From a virus (lineage: Duplodnaviria; Caudoviricetes), in the IMG/VR virus record IMGVR_UViG_3300018074_000014, positions 1 to 32,952 of that record: a stretch of DNA of 32,952 nucleotides; one strand, given 5' to 3'. The notes under the pieces were generated by a model. That model saw only the letters and a program-made list of their open reading frames with translations, was not told the origin of the DNA and did no database searches. A program made the position numbers and the translations under genes. Shown in pieces: positions 1 to 8,612 of the stretch. The number at the start of each line of letters is the position of its first letter. The stretch's first letter is position 1.

Positions 1-37
1 ATTATGGGTACCTAAAATAAAGTTAGTGGGGGTGAAT

Positions 38-256
38 ATGTTGGAGGTAGGGATGAGGCAAGCACAGGCGGGGTTGGGGTCATTGATGGGTCAAGCGGGA
101 GGGGGGAGGCGGATCATGTTGACGCGGCATGGGAAGGAGGTAGCGGGGCTGGTACCGGCTAGGGAGGCGAGGTTGCTGGAGGCGATGGAGAAGGATGGGG
201 TGTTGGAGCGGGGGTTGGAGGACTTGGTACTGAAATGGAGGCGGATCGAGGGCTAA
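38..256 (+). CDS. Phd/YefM-family antitoxin-like protein (no toxin partner in window)
   Basis: MLEVGMRQAQAGLGSLM...IMLTRHGKEVAGLVP matches the Phd N-terminal pattern ITRHGKPVAVLVP. ATG at 38 is preceded by a GGGGGTG RBS. Confidence 0.75.
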   Translation: MLEVGMRQAQAGLGSLMGQAGGGRRIMLTRHGKEVAGLVPAREARLLEAMEKDGVLERGLEDLVLKWRRIEG

Positions 257-441
257 TGGTCTCGGCGGGCGAGCCTGGATTTCATCAGGTTATTCCAGCC
301 TATTTTACGGATGAGGTCTAGGCCGTCCTGGACTTGTTTAGCTTCCAGGGCACAGGCTTTACAGGAGGGGGAGCAGCCGGTGGGGTTGTGGTGGAGGTGC
401 ATGTGCTGGGTGATGCGGGGTGAGGGGCGGCGGCGGATCAT
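253..441 (-). CDS. hypothetical protein (His/Cys cluster)
   Basis: Last gene of an ATGA-coupled leftward operon; HxHxHH..CxxxCxxC. Confidence 0.55.
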   Translation of the reverse strand: MIRRRPSPRITQHMHLHHNPTGCSPSCKACALEAKQVQDGLDLIRKIGWNNLMKSRLARRDH

Positions 442-725
442 TGAGGCCTGCGCTTCATGCGGGCTTCATGGCTGAGTTTGGCTTGGATGCGGCGGCGGGA
501 AATGGCGGCGGCGCGGCGTCGGGCCTGGGCTGGGGACGGCTTGGGGATGCCGAATGAATGCACCAGGGCTACCGAGGTTTCACGTGCAACCTTGGCCCTA
601 TCTCTTGTCTTTAGTTGACTTTCGGCCTTCTTCCAGGAGCAGGATTCGCACAGGGTTCGATTGGGGGATGCGGGTTGTTTGTGGCAGCAGCGGCAGCGGC
701 AGGGAGTGGGAGGGGGGGCGGTCAT
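438..725 (-). CDS. hypothetical protein, putative Zn-binding
   Basis: CRCRCC...CESC followed by a basic helix; ATGA overlaps at both ends. Confidence 0.6.
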   Translation of the reverse strand: MTAPPPTPCRCRCCHKQPASPNRTLCESCSWKKAESQLKTRDRAKVARETSVALVHSFGIPKPSPAQARRRAAAISRRRIQAKLSHEARMKRRPQ

Positions 726-1252
726 GGGGTCCAGGTCTGAGCCGCCTGGCGGACCTGCTCTAACTGACGGGCGCGTTCGGCCTGTTCGTCATCCATTCGC
801 AGCCGCGTGCGGCGTACCAGCTGTGACTCGAAGCCCAGGTCGGGGAGTTCCAATAAGTTCTGGCCGGGAGGCAGGGCCAGCGAGAGCGCACGGGCTTCGG
901 CGTCGTAAAAGACGCAGCGCTTCAAAGCTGATTCTGCGGCGGTCGAGGCGCCGACCAGCCACCAGGGAGTGGCGATCGATTGGCCCGCTAGCCGGCTAGT
1001 GCCGAGCCGGATAGTGCCGACCGGGATGGTCCGGACCCATTCGAGGATGGACGGAAAAGCGGAGCGGAACGGGCTGCAGGCGATCCGCTTGGCAAACTCC
1101 CACGGCGGCGTCGCCGGCTCCTGGCGCCGCTGCCGGATCAACTCCATGACGAAACCATGACAAGGCCCAGGCAGGGCACCGCTTTTCCAGGAACCGTTGG
1201 GGAGGAAGGCGCCGATGCCAGGGTCAACGGCCAACGGGGCTGGGGCTTTCAT
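722..1252 (-). CDS. hypothetical protein
   Basis: 176 aa ORF with ATGA overlaps to both neighbours. Confidence 0.6.
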   Translation of the reverse strand: MKAPAPLAVDPGIGAFLPNGSWKSGALPGPCHGFVMELIRQRRQEPATPPWEFAKRIACSPFRSAFPSILEWVRTIPVGTIRLGTSRLAGQSIATPWWLVGASTAAESALKRCVFYDAEARALSLALPPGQNLLELPDLGFESQLVRRTRLRMDDEQAERARQLEQVRQAAQTWTP

Positions 1253-1536
1253 TCCATGACCTTGGAGCCGCCGCCGAAAAGCTCGGATTTCGTCTTATAC
1301 CACGCCGCAATGCGTTCTGAGGCCATACGTTGTGCCTCCGCCACTGAGATTGGTTCGCCGCCTTCCACCGCCGCGCTAAACCCGCAGTGAATCCCATAAC
1401 ACCAATAAGAATGTAAGTTTGCCTCGTTTATGGGCCGGATGGTCTGATCCGGAACCTGTGGGTGGATGCCAAGATGGAGGTCCAAGCCGCTGTTGCGGTC
1501 GTAGCTAGTCTCCAGCCCGTAATGGCGGCATTTCAT
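1249..1536 (-). CDS. hypothetical protein
   Basis: Start moved to ATG 1536 (MKCRHYG...), which overlaps the stop of the upstream gene as ATGA. Confidence 0.55.
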   Translation of the reverse strand: MKCRHYGLETSYDRNSGLDLHLGIHPQVPDQTIRPINEANLHSYWCYGIHCGFSAAVEGGEPISVAEAQRMASERIAAWYKTKSELFGGGSKVME

Positions 1537-2006
1537 TCTACGTCCTGCCAGCGACGCTGATGGAGCCAAGTGGAGGCGTGGGTGATGAAACGGGGCTGGT
1601 CGCTTTCCCATTCGTTGGCGACGTAGTGCGCCAGACCGCGCATGATGTGGTCCAGCGTCGCCTGGTCGTCGTCCTTTAGTTTCAACGACTTCCAGGCCAA
1701 AAGCGCGGCGTGCTTGGCGATCTTGCGGGGATAGGCGGGCCAGAAGACGGCGTGGAACGCGTCTTCGGCGGTCAAATCGCCGGTTTTGGCGTCGGCGCCG
1801 CTTTTGGCCGCGCTAGCCTGTGCATTCTCTGACAGTAGAATAGGACCCGGCCCTCGTCTGTTATCAACCTCTGTGCCTGTTCGGAGGAACCCTACCCCTA
1901 ACCCGGAGACGGAAGAAGTGGGTGTTGACGATTCTAGCGGTGGGTCCGATGGGCTGTCAAGGGAAATCGTACGATGGATCATTTTTTCTTTCGTACGATG
2001 GATCAT
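1533..2006 (-). CDS. phage replication initiator-like protein (C-terminal domain only)
   Basis: FWPAYPRKIAKHAALLAWKSL...FITHASTWLHQRRWQD matches the conserved C-terminal domain of phage replisome organiser proteins; no N-terminal HTH is visible. Confidence 0.65.
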   Translation of the reverse strand: MIHRTKEKMIHRTISLDSPSDPPLESSTPTSSVSGLGVGFLRTGTEVDNRRGPGPILLSENAQASAAKSGADAKTGDLTAEDAFHAVFWPAYPRKIAKHAALLAWKSLKLKDDDQATLDHIMRGLAHYVANEWESDQPRFITHASTWLHQRRWQDVE

Positions 2007-2057
2007 TTTTCCTCCAACAGATTCGGGTCCAACAGATTAAGGTCCAAAAGATTCAGT
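1967..2057. repeat. iteron-like direct repeats
   Basis: TCGTACGATGGATCATTTTT twice (1967-1986, 1991-2010), then three 15-bp repeats with core TCCAA(C/A)AGATT starting at 2013, 2028 and 2043. Confidence 0.85.
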
Positions 2058-2245
2058 TGCTCGCCAGCAGGAGCGGCTGGATATGACTTGAGCGGGGCCT
2101 GGGAGATTCCACCGCAATCTGCCGCCATTTGTCTCAAAGTCTCCTGCTCGCATTCCATCGCAGCCAAAACATTGCGATGTTTGTGTCTGAAATGACACAA
2201 CACCATGCCAGCATGAACGTACTTCGAGACCCGGATTGGTCGCAT
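2003..2245 (-). CDS. hypothetical protein
   Basis: Start moved to ATG 2245, which has a GAGGAGG RBS; first gene of the leftward operon. Confidence 0.55.
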   Translation of the reverse strand: MRPIRVSKYVHAGMVLCHFRHKHRNVLAAMECEQETLRQMAADCGGISQAPLKSYPAAPAGEQLNLLDLNLLDPNLLEEK

Positions 2246-2374
2246 GAGCCTGTCCCTCCTCGGGCAGAAAAGACGAGCGCGGGGCCGGAGACGATGCCAG
2301 GTCGTCTGAGGTTGCCACGCGAGGGAAACCTGGCCGCTCGCGCCCGTCATCTTCGCTCTTTCCCTCGCCGGGCG

Positions 2375-2425
2375 ATTCTACCTCCCGCTTTTCCGCTTGC
2401 AAGGTTTTTCCCGCCGTTGCATCCT
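2375..2425. promoter_or_regulatory. candidate divergent sigma70-type promoters sharing a palindromic -35
   Basis: TTGCAA at 2397-2402. Leftward: N16-TAGAAT (2380-2375). Rightward: N17-CATCCT (2420-2425). Lies in the gap between the divergent operons. Confidence 0.45.
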
Positions 2426-2562
2426 GCCGCTGCGGGGAGACGGAAGTTCAAATGCCCGGTCAAGTTTTTGCAGTCGGGGCTGTGCCCTTGAGGTCGGGGA
2501 TGTGCCCCGAGTAAGCGACTCCAGTTCCATCCGGCTAGCGCCGATCCAGCCACGGAGGGCAG

Positions 2563-2721
2563 ATGCCGCTCAAGAAGGGCTCCAGCAAGGCCACCGTCTC
2601 CCATAACATCCGCACCGAGATCGCCCACGGCAAGCCCCACAAGCAGGCCGTCGCCATCGCCCTAGACGTGGCCCGTAAATCAGGCCGAGGGCCTTCGATC
2701 CCCAAGAAGCCCAAGCCCTGA
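2563..2721 (+). CDS. small conserved basic phage protein (MPLKKG...KQAVAIAL type)
   Basis: Missing from the ORF track (52 aa): MPLKKGSSKATVSHNIRTEIAHGKPHKQAVAIALDVARKSGRGPSIPKKPKP; GGAGGG RBS. Confidence 0.85.
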   Translation: MPLKKGSSKATVSHNIRTEIAHGKPHKQAVAIALDVARKSGRGPSIPKKPKP

Positions 2722-2763
2722 GTGATCTACGAGATCTACGATCCGCCACCTGTCGGCCACTGA

Positions 2764-3516
2764 TTGAGCCATACGGTCTATGCGTGCCCGACCTGTGACG
2801 GGGTGATCCACCGCTCCAAGTCCCCGATCGCCGACGACGCCTTCGAGCCGCTGTCCAAGTTCCTCTGCAAGGACTGCCGCCGTATGGTGCCGTGGTACGC
2901 CATGAAGCGGCGACCCTCGGTCGTCGTGCTCGAAGCGGTCGGCGGCGGGATAACGGCCACGCTTCAGCAGATTCTGTTCGCCACCGGAAATCGTGAGAGC
3001 CAGATCGTTGACGACAATGACGACGACTCGACCGTAACCGAGAGCGGCACTAACACCGCCGCCGGCACTAATGATAGTTCGGACTTGACCTTCGATGAGG
3101 TGTCCCACGTTGACGGAATCTTAAACGTCCCCGCCAGCGGGCACATGGAGACCATCTATACCGTCACTACCGCCACTTTCTCCGGTAGCATCGACTTCGT
3201 GCGCTGGATTCTGCGCGCGGTCCGCCAGGATATCTCGGGCGCCCCCATCGCCTCGCGCCTCACCAGCACCACGGCCACCGCGGGATTCGCCGCCATCAGT
3301 CATCCTGCCACCATCAAGAACCTCACCACCGCGCTGGCCAACTACACCATCGACGCCACCACCGACCCATCGGACGGACGGCCCTGGACCTTGGCCAAGA
3401 TCAACGCCCGCAAGTATGGTTTCCAGATGGACACCACAAATAGTGGTCCGCCTCCGACCGGAGCCGAAAGCCGCACCCGTGTCACCGAGTTCCGTATCGA
3501 GGTCTGGGGACACTGA
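2764..3516 (+). CDS. Zn-ribbon plus Thr-rich beta-sandwich protein, possibly virion-associated
   Basis: CPTC...CKDC at the N-terminus; C-terminal TTDPSDGRPWTLAKINARKYGF resembles virion beta domains. TTG start is uncertain. Confidence 0.6.
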   Translation: MSHTVYACPTCDGVIHRSKSPIADDAFEPLSKFLCKDCRRMVPWYAMKRRPSVVVLEAVGGGITATLQQILFATGNRESQIVDDNDDDSTVTESGTNTAAGTNDSSDLTFDEVSHVDGILNVPASGHMETIYTVTTATFSGSIDFVRWILRAVRQDISGAPIASRLTSTTATAGFAAISHPATIKNLTTALANYTIDATTDPSDGRPWTLAKINARKYGFQMDTTNSGPPPTGAESRTRVTEFRIEVWGH

Positions 3517-4055
3517 TGGGTGCCGAAAACCCTGCAAAGCCGACTCCGCAAGAGATCGAAGCCCTGATCGCCGAAATGGCGAGGAACGGCGAAGGAGCGG
3601 ATCAGCGCTGGGCGCTCAACATCCTGCGCCGCGAACAGGAAGCCGAAACCGTCATCCCGCCTCCACTTCAGGATCACGAGGTGATCGAGTACCTGATCCG
3701 CGTCATGCGCCCTTCGGGCCCCGAGCCCTGCATGATCGCCTTCCGCCGTTGCTGGCCCCACAAGGGTATGGACGGGATCAAGAAGCGCCCGGTCATCAGC
3801 GATCGCGACATCAGCCCCGAACAGATGCTGGCGGTCGAAAAGATCACCACTCTCAAGCAGTTCTACAAAGCCTTCCCCGAGATCAAGCCCAGAGGCGGAG
3901 TCCCCAAGGGCTACCCCTCGGGTCGCGGTCTGGTCGAAAAGCGCGATTGGTGCCGCCGAGCTGCCGCCCTGATCCTCGCCGACCGCGAACAGAATCAGAT
4001 CGACGGCAGCATCGCGCAGGAGGGCAAGGATGCCCCTACTACGGCCAGCACGTAA
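3516..4055 (+). CDS. putative terminase small subunit
   Basis: Position immediately upstream of and overlapping TerL, helical, 179 aa; synteny only. Confidence 0.45.
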   Translation: MGAENPAKPTPQEIEALIAEMARNGEGADQRWALNILRREQEAETVIPPPLQDHEVIEYLIRVMRPSGPEPCMIAFRRCWPHKGMDGIKKRPVISDRDISPEQMLAVEKITTLKQFYKAFPEIKPRGGVPKGYPSGRGLVEKRDWCRRAAALILADREQNQIDGSIAQEGKDAPTTAST

Positions 4056-5766
4056 GCCATTCGATCACCTCAAGCAGTTCGATAGCGATGCCCACGTCCG
4101 CCTGCTCCGACATGGAGCCCTGAAGGACTTCTGGACCTTCTTCCAGTACATCTTCGGCGCCCGGACCAATCCCAAGGGCAAGCGCTGGATCGATCCCGAA
4201 GTTCATGAGCCAATGGCGCGCTGGTTCCAGAAGCACGTCGATGAATGGTTCGACGCCCGGGAACGCGGCTGCGGCAGACAGAAGCACATCGCGGCCCTGG
4301 TTCACCGCGAGGTCGGTAAGACCACCATGCTGGTGCAGGCCGGCATCTGCTGGTTGCACCTGCGCGACCCCGAGATCAGCACCTACATTGGTTCGGAGAA
4401 GCTAGAACTCGCGAGTAAGTCCCTGAACGCGATCAAGGCGGTGTTCGACGGCACCGATCCCTACCCGCTGTTCGCCAAGTTGTTCGGCGATTGGAGTCAT
4501 GGCAGTCGCAAGTGGACCGATAAGGAAATCATCCACGTCGCCCGCAAGAACATCAGCCGCCGCGATCCCAGCATCGGCACCTTCGCGGTCGAGACCTCGA
4601 TCGTCGGCGCCCACCCCGACGCGATCTTCTACGACGATCCGATCTCCTACGAACGCCTGCAGAGCGACACCAACTGGCTGGCCACCGTCAACTCCCAGAT
4701 CACCTCCCTCTACCCGGTGATCCAGTCCGATGGCCTGGTGGTCTGGGTCGGGACCAGGTACGACGATGCCGATCACTTCGGCGTGGCGTTCGAGAACGAG
4801 GGTGTGGCGAGCCTCGAAGGTCTGCAGACCGATCAGATCACGGTCGATCCCAAGCACGGTCAATGGCACGTCTACTTCATGGCGGGAAGGAACAGCGATG
4901 GAATCCCAACCACCCCCAAGGTCTGGCCCGAAGACCGGCTGAAGCGCTACCAGAGACGCGACCCGCTGCGCTACGCTGCCCAGGTCATGAACGACCCGAC
5001 CCTGTCCGACACCAACCCACTGACCCGGGAGCAGATCAAGCAGTACGTCGTCAAGAAGGAGCAGGTGCCGTGGAACAGCCTGCGCTACGCCATCTGCTGC
5101 GACACCGCCTTCTCTGACGGCGACAAGGTTCATGGCAAGGACGAGACCGTGTTCATCGTCCATGGCTATCCTCGCAACGGCAGCGGCGACGTCTACGTCA
5201 TCGAGGGCTACGGCTCAGACGCCTGGCGGGCCGAGGACTTCGCCAACCAGCTGATCGCCACGGTACAGCGCTACCGGAGACTGGGAAGATCGATCTTCGC
5301 GATCACTGACGAGATGACCCATGCGGGCAAGAAGGGCGCCTGGGACATGGCGCTGATCTCACGCTTCAACGACGCCGGGATTCCGATGCCCCGCGGCCAG
5401 TTGCTCCAGTTCAATCGCCGCAACGTCCGCAAGGAGGAACGGCTGGTAATCGCCGCTAGCTTCTGGGTCGATGGCCATGTCCGAGTGGTGGAAGACGCCC
5501 CGGGCACCGAGGAGCTGATGAAGCAGATGGCCAAGATCGGCCAGTACATGGTCAACAAGAAGATCAAGATCGACTGGGCCGACGCCCACGCCGACGCCTT
5601 CCAGCCCGAGCTTTACAGCCCGATGCGCCGCGCCGAGACCCGCAAGCCCTACCTGCCCGGCGCTCGCGGGATCGATATGGACGGAATGGACGGCAGCATA
5701 TTCGAGGACTCCGACGAGTATATGCAATGGCGGGACGACAACCCGCGGCCCCCGGAGAGGGGGTGA
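4030..5766 (+). CDS. terL: terminase large subunit
   Basis: Walker A-like HREVGKTT, Walker B GAHPDAIFYDDP, coupling motif VGTRY, nuclease acidic residues CCDTAFS..KDETV and DWADA. Confidence 0.92.
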   Translation: MPLLRPARKPFDHLKQFDSDAHVRLLRHGALKDFWTFFQYIFGARTNPKGKRWIDPEVHEPMARWFQKHVDEWFDARERGCGRQKHIAALVHREVGKTTMLVQAGICWLHLRDPEISTYIGSEKLELASKSLNAIKAVFDGTDPYPLFAKLFGDWSHGSRKWTDKEIIHVARKNISRRDPSIGTFAVETSIVGAHPDAIFYDDPISYERLQSDTNWLATVNSQITSLYPVIQSDGLVVWVGTRYDDADHFGVAFENEGVASLEGLQTDQITVDPKHGQWHVYFMAGRNSDGIPTTPKVWPEDRLKRYQRRDPLRYAAQVMNDPTLSDTNPLTREQIKQYVVKKEQVPWNSLRYAICCDTAFSDGDKVHGKDETVFIVHGYPRNGSGDVYVIEGYGSDAWRAEDFANQLIATVQRYRRLGRSIFAITDEMTHAGKKGAWDMALISRFNDAGIPMPRGQLLQFNRRNVRKEERLVIAASFWVDGHVRVVEDAPGTEELMKQMAKIGQYMVNKKIKIDWADAHADAFQPELYSPMRRAETRKPYLPGARGIDMDGMDGSIFEDSDEYMQWRDDNPRPPERG

Positions 5767-5948
5767 CCCACAAGCATCCGTGCTCGTTCTGTGGCAACAT
5801 CGTGCCGTGTGCCGATAACAACTGCCACACCCGCAACACCTTCATCTGTGACCGCTGCAACGAAAGGCATCTGAAGGGCCTCGGTGGTGTCGTTTTGGCC
5901 AACGAAGCGGAGAAGGATTACCGCAGGAGAACCGGAGGGAACCCATGA
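5763..5948 (+). CDS. small Zn-finger protein
   Basis: GTG start overlapping the terL stop (GTGA); CSFC...CDRC. Confidence 0.6.
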   Translation: MTHKHPCSFCGNIVPCADNNCHTRNTFICDRCNERHLKGLGGVVLANEAEKDYRRRTGGNP

Positions 5949-6151
5949 ACACGCTGTTCGGCATCGTCTTGTTCTCGATCATCGAGAGCGCCGTCGTCAT
6001 CCTGTGGGCCAGCCTTGTATTCAAGAGCGAGGTCTTCACCGGCCAGCAGGTGCTGGGAGCGATCGTGTTCGTGATCGGCTATACCATCGAACACATCGTC
6101 GCCTACAACGTCGGCAAGGGCCGGCCGTTCTTCTCCTGGCCCAAGCCGTGA
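5945..6151 (+). CDS. small two-TM membrane protein
   Basis: Two hydrophobic segments; GGAGGG RBS; coupled to both neighbours. Confidence 0.7.
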   Translation: MNTLFGIVLFSIIESAVVILWASLVFKSEVFTGQQVLGAIVFVIGYTIEHIVAYNVGKGRPFFSWPKP

Positions 6152-7329
6152 TTGCGACGACTCGCACTACCTGCCGTCTCTGCGGCGGGCCGTTCAACAA
6201 TATGCTCTCGCTCGGCAGCCAGTACCTGGCCCGATTCCCAGACAAGATCGATCATGACCTGCCGCGGGTGCCGCTCAACCTGGTCCAGTGTAACTCTTGT
6301 AGCCTGCTCCAGCTTGAGCACACCACGCATCCCGATCTGCTGTTCCGTGAGTTCTGGTATCGAAGCTCGATCAACCAGACCATGCGGGACGCCCTTCAAG
6401 AGGTGGTGGACGACGCCCTGACCTATGTTAGCAAGGGCACCTGGCTCGACATCGGGGCTAACGACGGCTACCTGCTCTCCTGTCTTCCGGAGGGCTGGAC
6501 CAAGATCGCCTGCGAACCGGCGGTCAACTTCAAGCCGCTGCTGGAGGAGCATGCCGACCATGTCATCGCCGACTACTTCTCGGCCAACCACGAATGTCTC
6601 CGGGACAAGACCCGCGGCGCCTGCGACGTCATCACGTCGGTCGCCTGCTTTTACGACGTCGATGACCCGAACACCTTCGTCGCCGACATCGCCAAGGCGC
6701 TCGCCCCGGGCGGGGTCTGGATCAACCAGCTCAACGACTCCCCCACGATGCTCAAGACCAACGCCTTCGATTCGATCTGCCACGAGCACCTGGTCCACTA
6801 TGATATCCACAATCTGGCCATGCTTTACCTCCGCCACGGTCTCTACATCACTAAGATCAGCTTCAACGACATCAACGGTGGCAGCGTCCGGGTCTTTGCC
6901 CATAAGGAAGTAGCCGGCCTGAGACCGCTGGGACTGCGGGACGTTCCCAAATGCACCCCCGAGGCGGTGGAAGCCTTCGCGCGCCGGGTCGTTCGCTGGA
7001 AGGAGGAAATGGGTAATCTCCTGAAGGCGACCAAGCACGGTGTCTGGGGTTATGGCGCCAGCACCAAGGGCGCGGTCTTGCTCCAGTACCTGGACTGTAA
7101 TGACCGCTTTGTAGCCATCGCCGATCGCAACCCGCTGAAGTACGGCAAGCTGATGGCAGGAAGCTGGATTCCGATCACCGGAGAGGCAGAGATGCGTAAG
7201 GAGCATCCTGGCCATGCGGTAGTGCTGCCGTGGCCCTTCGCCAAAGAGTTCTCCGAACGGGAGGCCCAGACCCGCGCTAGCGGCACGGCATTTGTTTATC
7301 CGCTCCCCGAGATCAGGATCGAACTTTGA
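6148..7329 (+). CDS. NDP-sugar C-methyltransferase (Zn-binding N-domain, SAM domain, C-MT C-terminal domain)
   Basis: CRLC...CNSCSLLQL, LDIGANDGYLL, ICHEHLVHY, INGGSVR, YGASTKG, LPWPF. True start is GTG 6148, not 5884. Confidence 0.9.
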   Translation: MIATTRTTCRLCGGPFNNMLSLGSQYLARFPDKIDHDLPRVPLNLVQCNSCSLLQLEHTTHPDLLFREFWYRSSINQTMRDALQEVVDDALTYVSKGTWLDIGANDGYLLSCLPEGWTKIACEPAVNFKPLLEEHADHVIADYFSANHECLRDKTRGACDVITSVACFYDVDDPNTFVADIAKALAPGGVWINQLNDSPTMLKTNAFDSICHEHLVHYDIHNLAMLYLRHGLYITKISFNDINGGSVRVFAHKEVAGLRPLGLRDVPKCTPEAVEAFARRVVRWKEEMGNLLKATKHGVWGYGASTKGAVLLQYLDCNDRFVAIADRNPLKYGKLMAGSWIPITGEAEMRKEHPGHAVVLPWPFAKEFSEREAQTRASGTAFVYPLPEIRIEL

Positions 7330-7955
7330 GGATTGGGGTGCTGTGTCCCACCCGGGACGGCCCGGATCGGCTTCGGCAGGCGTTCCAGTCGATGATCGAT
7401 ACCTCCAAAAGCACCACGATGATCGCCTGCATCGACGACGATCAACGGGGTCTCTATGCGCCGATCCAGCACGAGCGATTGGTCTATCACGTCGCCCCCC
7501 GGGTCAACGTTGTCGATCTGCTCAACTCCGCCGTCAAGCTCCATCCATTTGACGTCTACGGCCTGATGGTCGACGACGCCCGCTTCAAGACCTTCGGATG
7601 GGACGACTACGTCGTCAGAACGATCGAGGCGTTCCCGGCCGGCATCGGCGTGGTCTCCGCCCACCACGGCAAGGGCTGGTTCGTGAACTTCCCCTATGTC
7701 TCGGCCCGCTGGATCGAGGTCGTAGGCTGGTACGCCTGTCCCCAGACCCATCACTTCTGCTGGGACACGGTCTTGGAACTGCTCGGCGAGGCGACACACA
7801 TTGACTATGCGTCGGAGCAGAACTTTGCCATCGAACACGATCTCCTACAAAACGACGCCACCCTGTGCAAGTTCGCCAGTGACTGCATTCAGTTCCTGGG
7901 ATGGTGTGTCAATGGCCGGCGCGACGTGGTTCAGAAGCTGCGCGAGGCGATGTGA
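7326..7955 (+). CDS. GT-A fold (GT2-like) glycosyltransferase, paralogue 1
   Basis: VLCPTRDGPDRL, IDDD, MVDDARFKTFGWD. Confidence 0.75.
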   Translation: MRIGVLCPTRDGPDRLRQAFQSMIDTSKSTTMIACIDDDQRGLYAPIQHERLVYHVAPRVNVVDLLNSAVKLHPFDVYGLMVDDARFKTFGWDDYVVRTIEAFPAGIGVVSAHHGKGWFVNFPYVSARWIEVVGWYACPQTHHFCWDTVLELLGEATHIDYASEQNFAIEHDLLQNDATLCKFASDCIQFLGWCVNGRRDVVQKLREAM

Positions 7956-8612
7956 TCGCTGTCCTATGCCCGACCCGCCGCGGACCCGACGCCCTCAAGC
8001 TACTAGCCAAGTCGGTGGCTGACACCTCCAACGCTCGGGTGCTGGCTTATGTAGATGATGACAGTCGCGAGGCGTACCGCCACGGCTGGGGGCAGAATCC
8101 TGGGCAGTTCGTTGATGCCATGGCCCGGACTTTCATCTACGAGGGACCAAGGATTGGACCTGTTGCCTCGATGAATGTTCTCGTGAACCACTATCTAGAT
8201 CAGTTCGATATCTTCGGTATGGTCCCCGACGATGCCACGTTCGAGACCGCAGGATGGGACCGGCGCATGGAAGAAGTGGCGGCCAGTTTTCAGGGCGGCA
8301 TTGGTGCTATGTCACCAAAACATAGCCTGGGGGATCATGTCGATATCCCGTTCGTGACGAGGCGATGGATCGATATCCTCGGCTGGTTTGCCTATCCGGG
8401 TTTCTACCACTGGGGCTGGCCCACCGTGATCTCGGCGCTGGCAGAAGGCATCCAGTCGTTGGTCCATTTGCCGGAGGAAAGCTGTTTTGTCCGCCACGAT
8501 CATCTGGAGCCCATGAAATCAGGACACCTCGCATGAAGACACGAAGCAGTTTTACGCCTTCATGATCGCTCGCTATCAGAACGCATTGAAGCATTTGAGG
8601 GACGCCAGATGA
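7952..8612 (+). pseudogene. GT2-like glycosyltransferase paralogue 2 with a +1 frameshift near the 3' end
   Basis: GTG 7952 frame stops at 8536. The paralogous C-terminal helix (QDTSHEDTKQFYAFMIARYQNALKHLRDAR*) continues in the +1 frame to TGA 8612, overlapping the next ATG. Confidence 0.75.

Noticed and set aside
5884-6147. N-terminal extension of the C-methyltransferase given in the ORF track
   Set aside because: It overlaps two better-supported small genes; the GTGA-coupled start at 6148 directly precedes the Zn motif.
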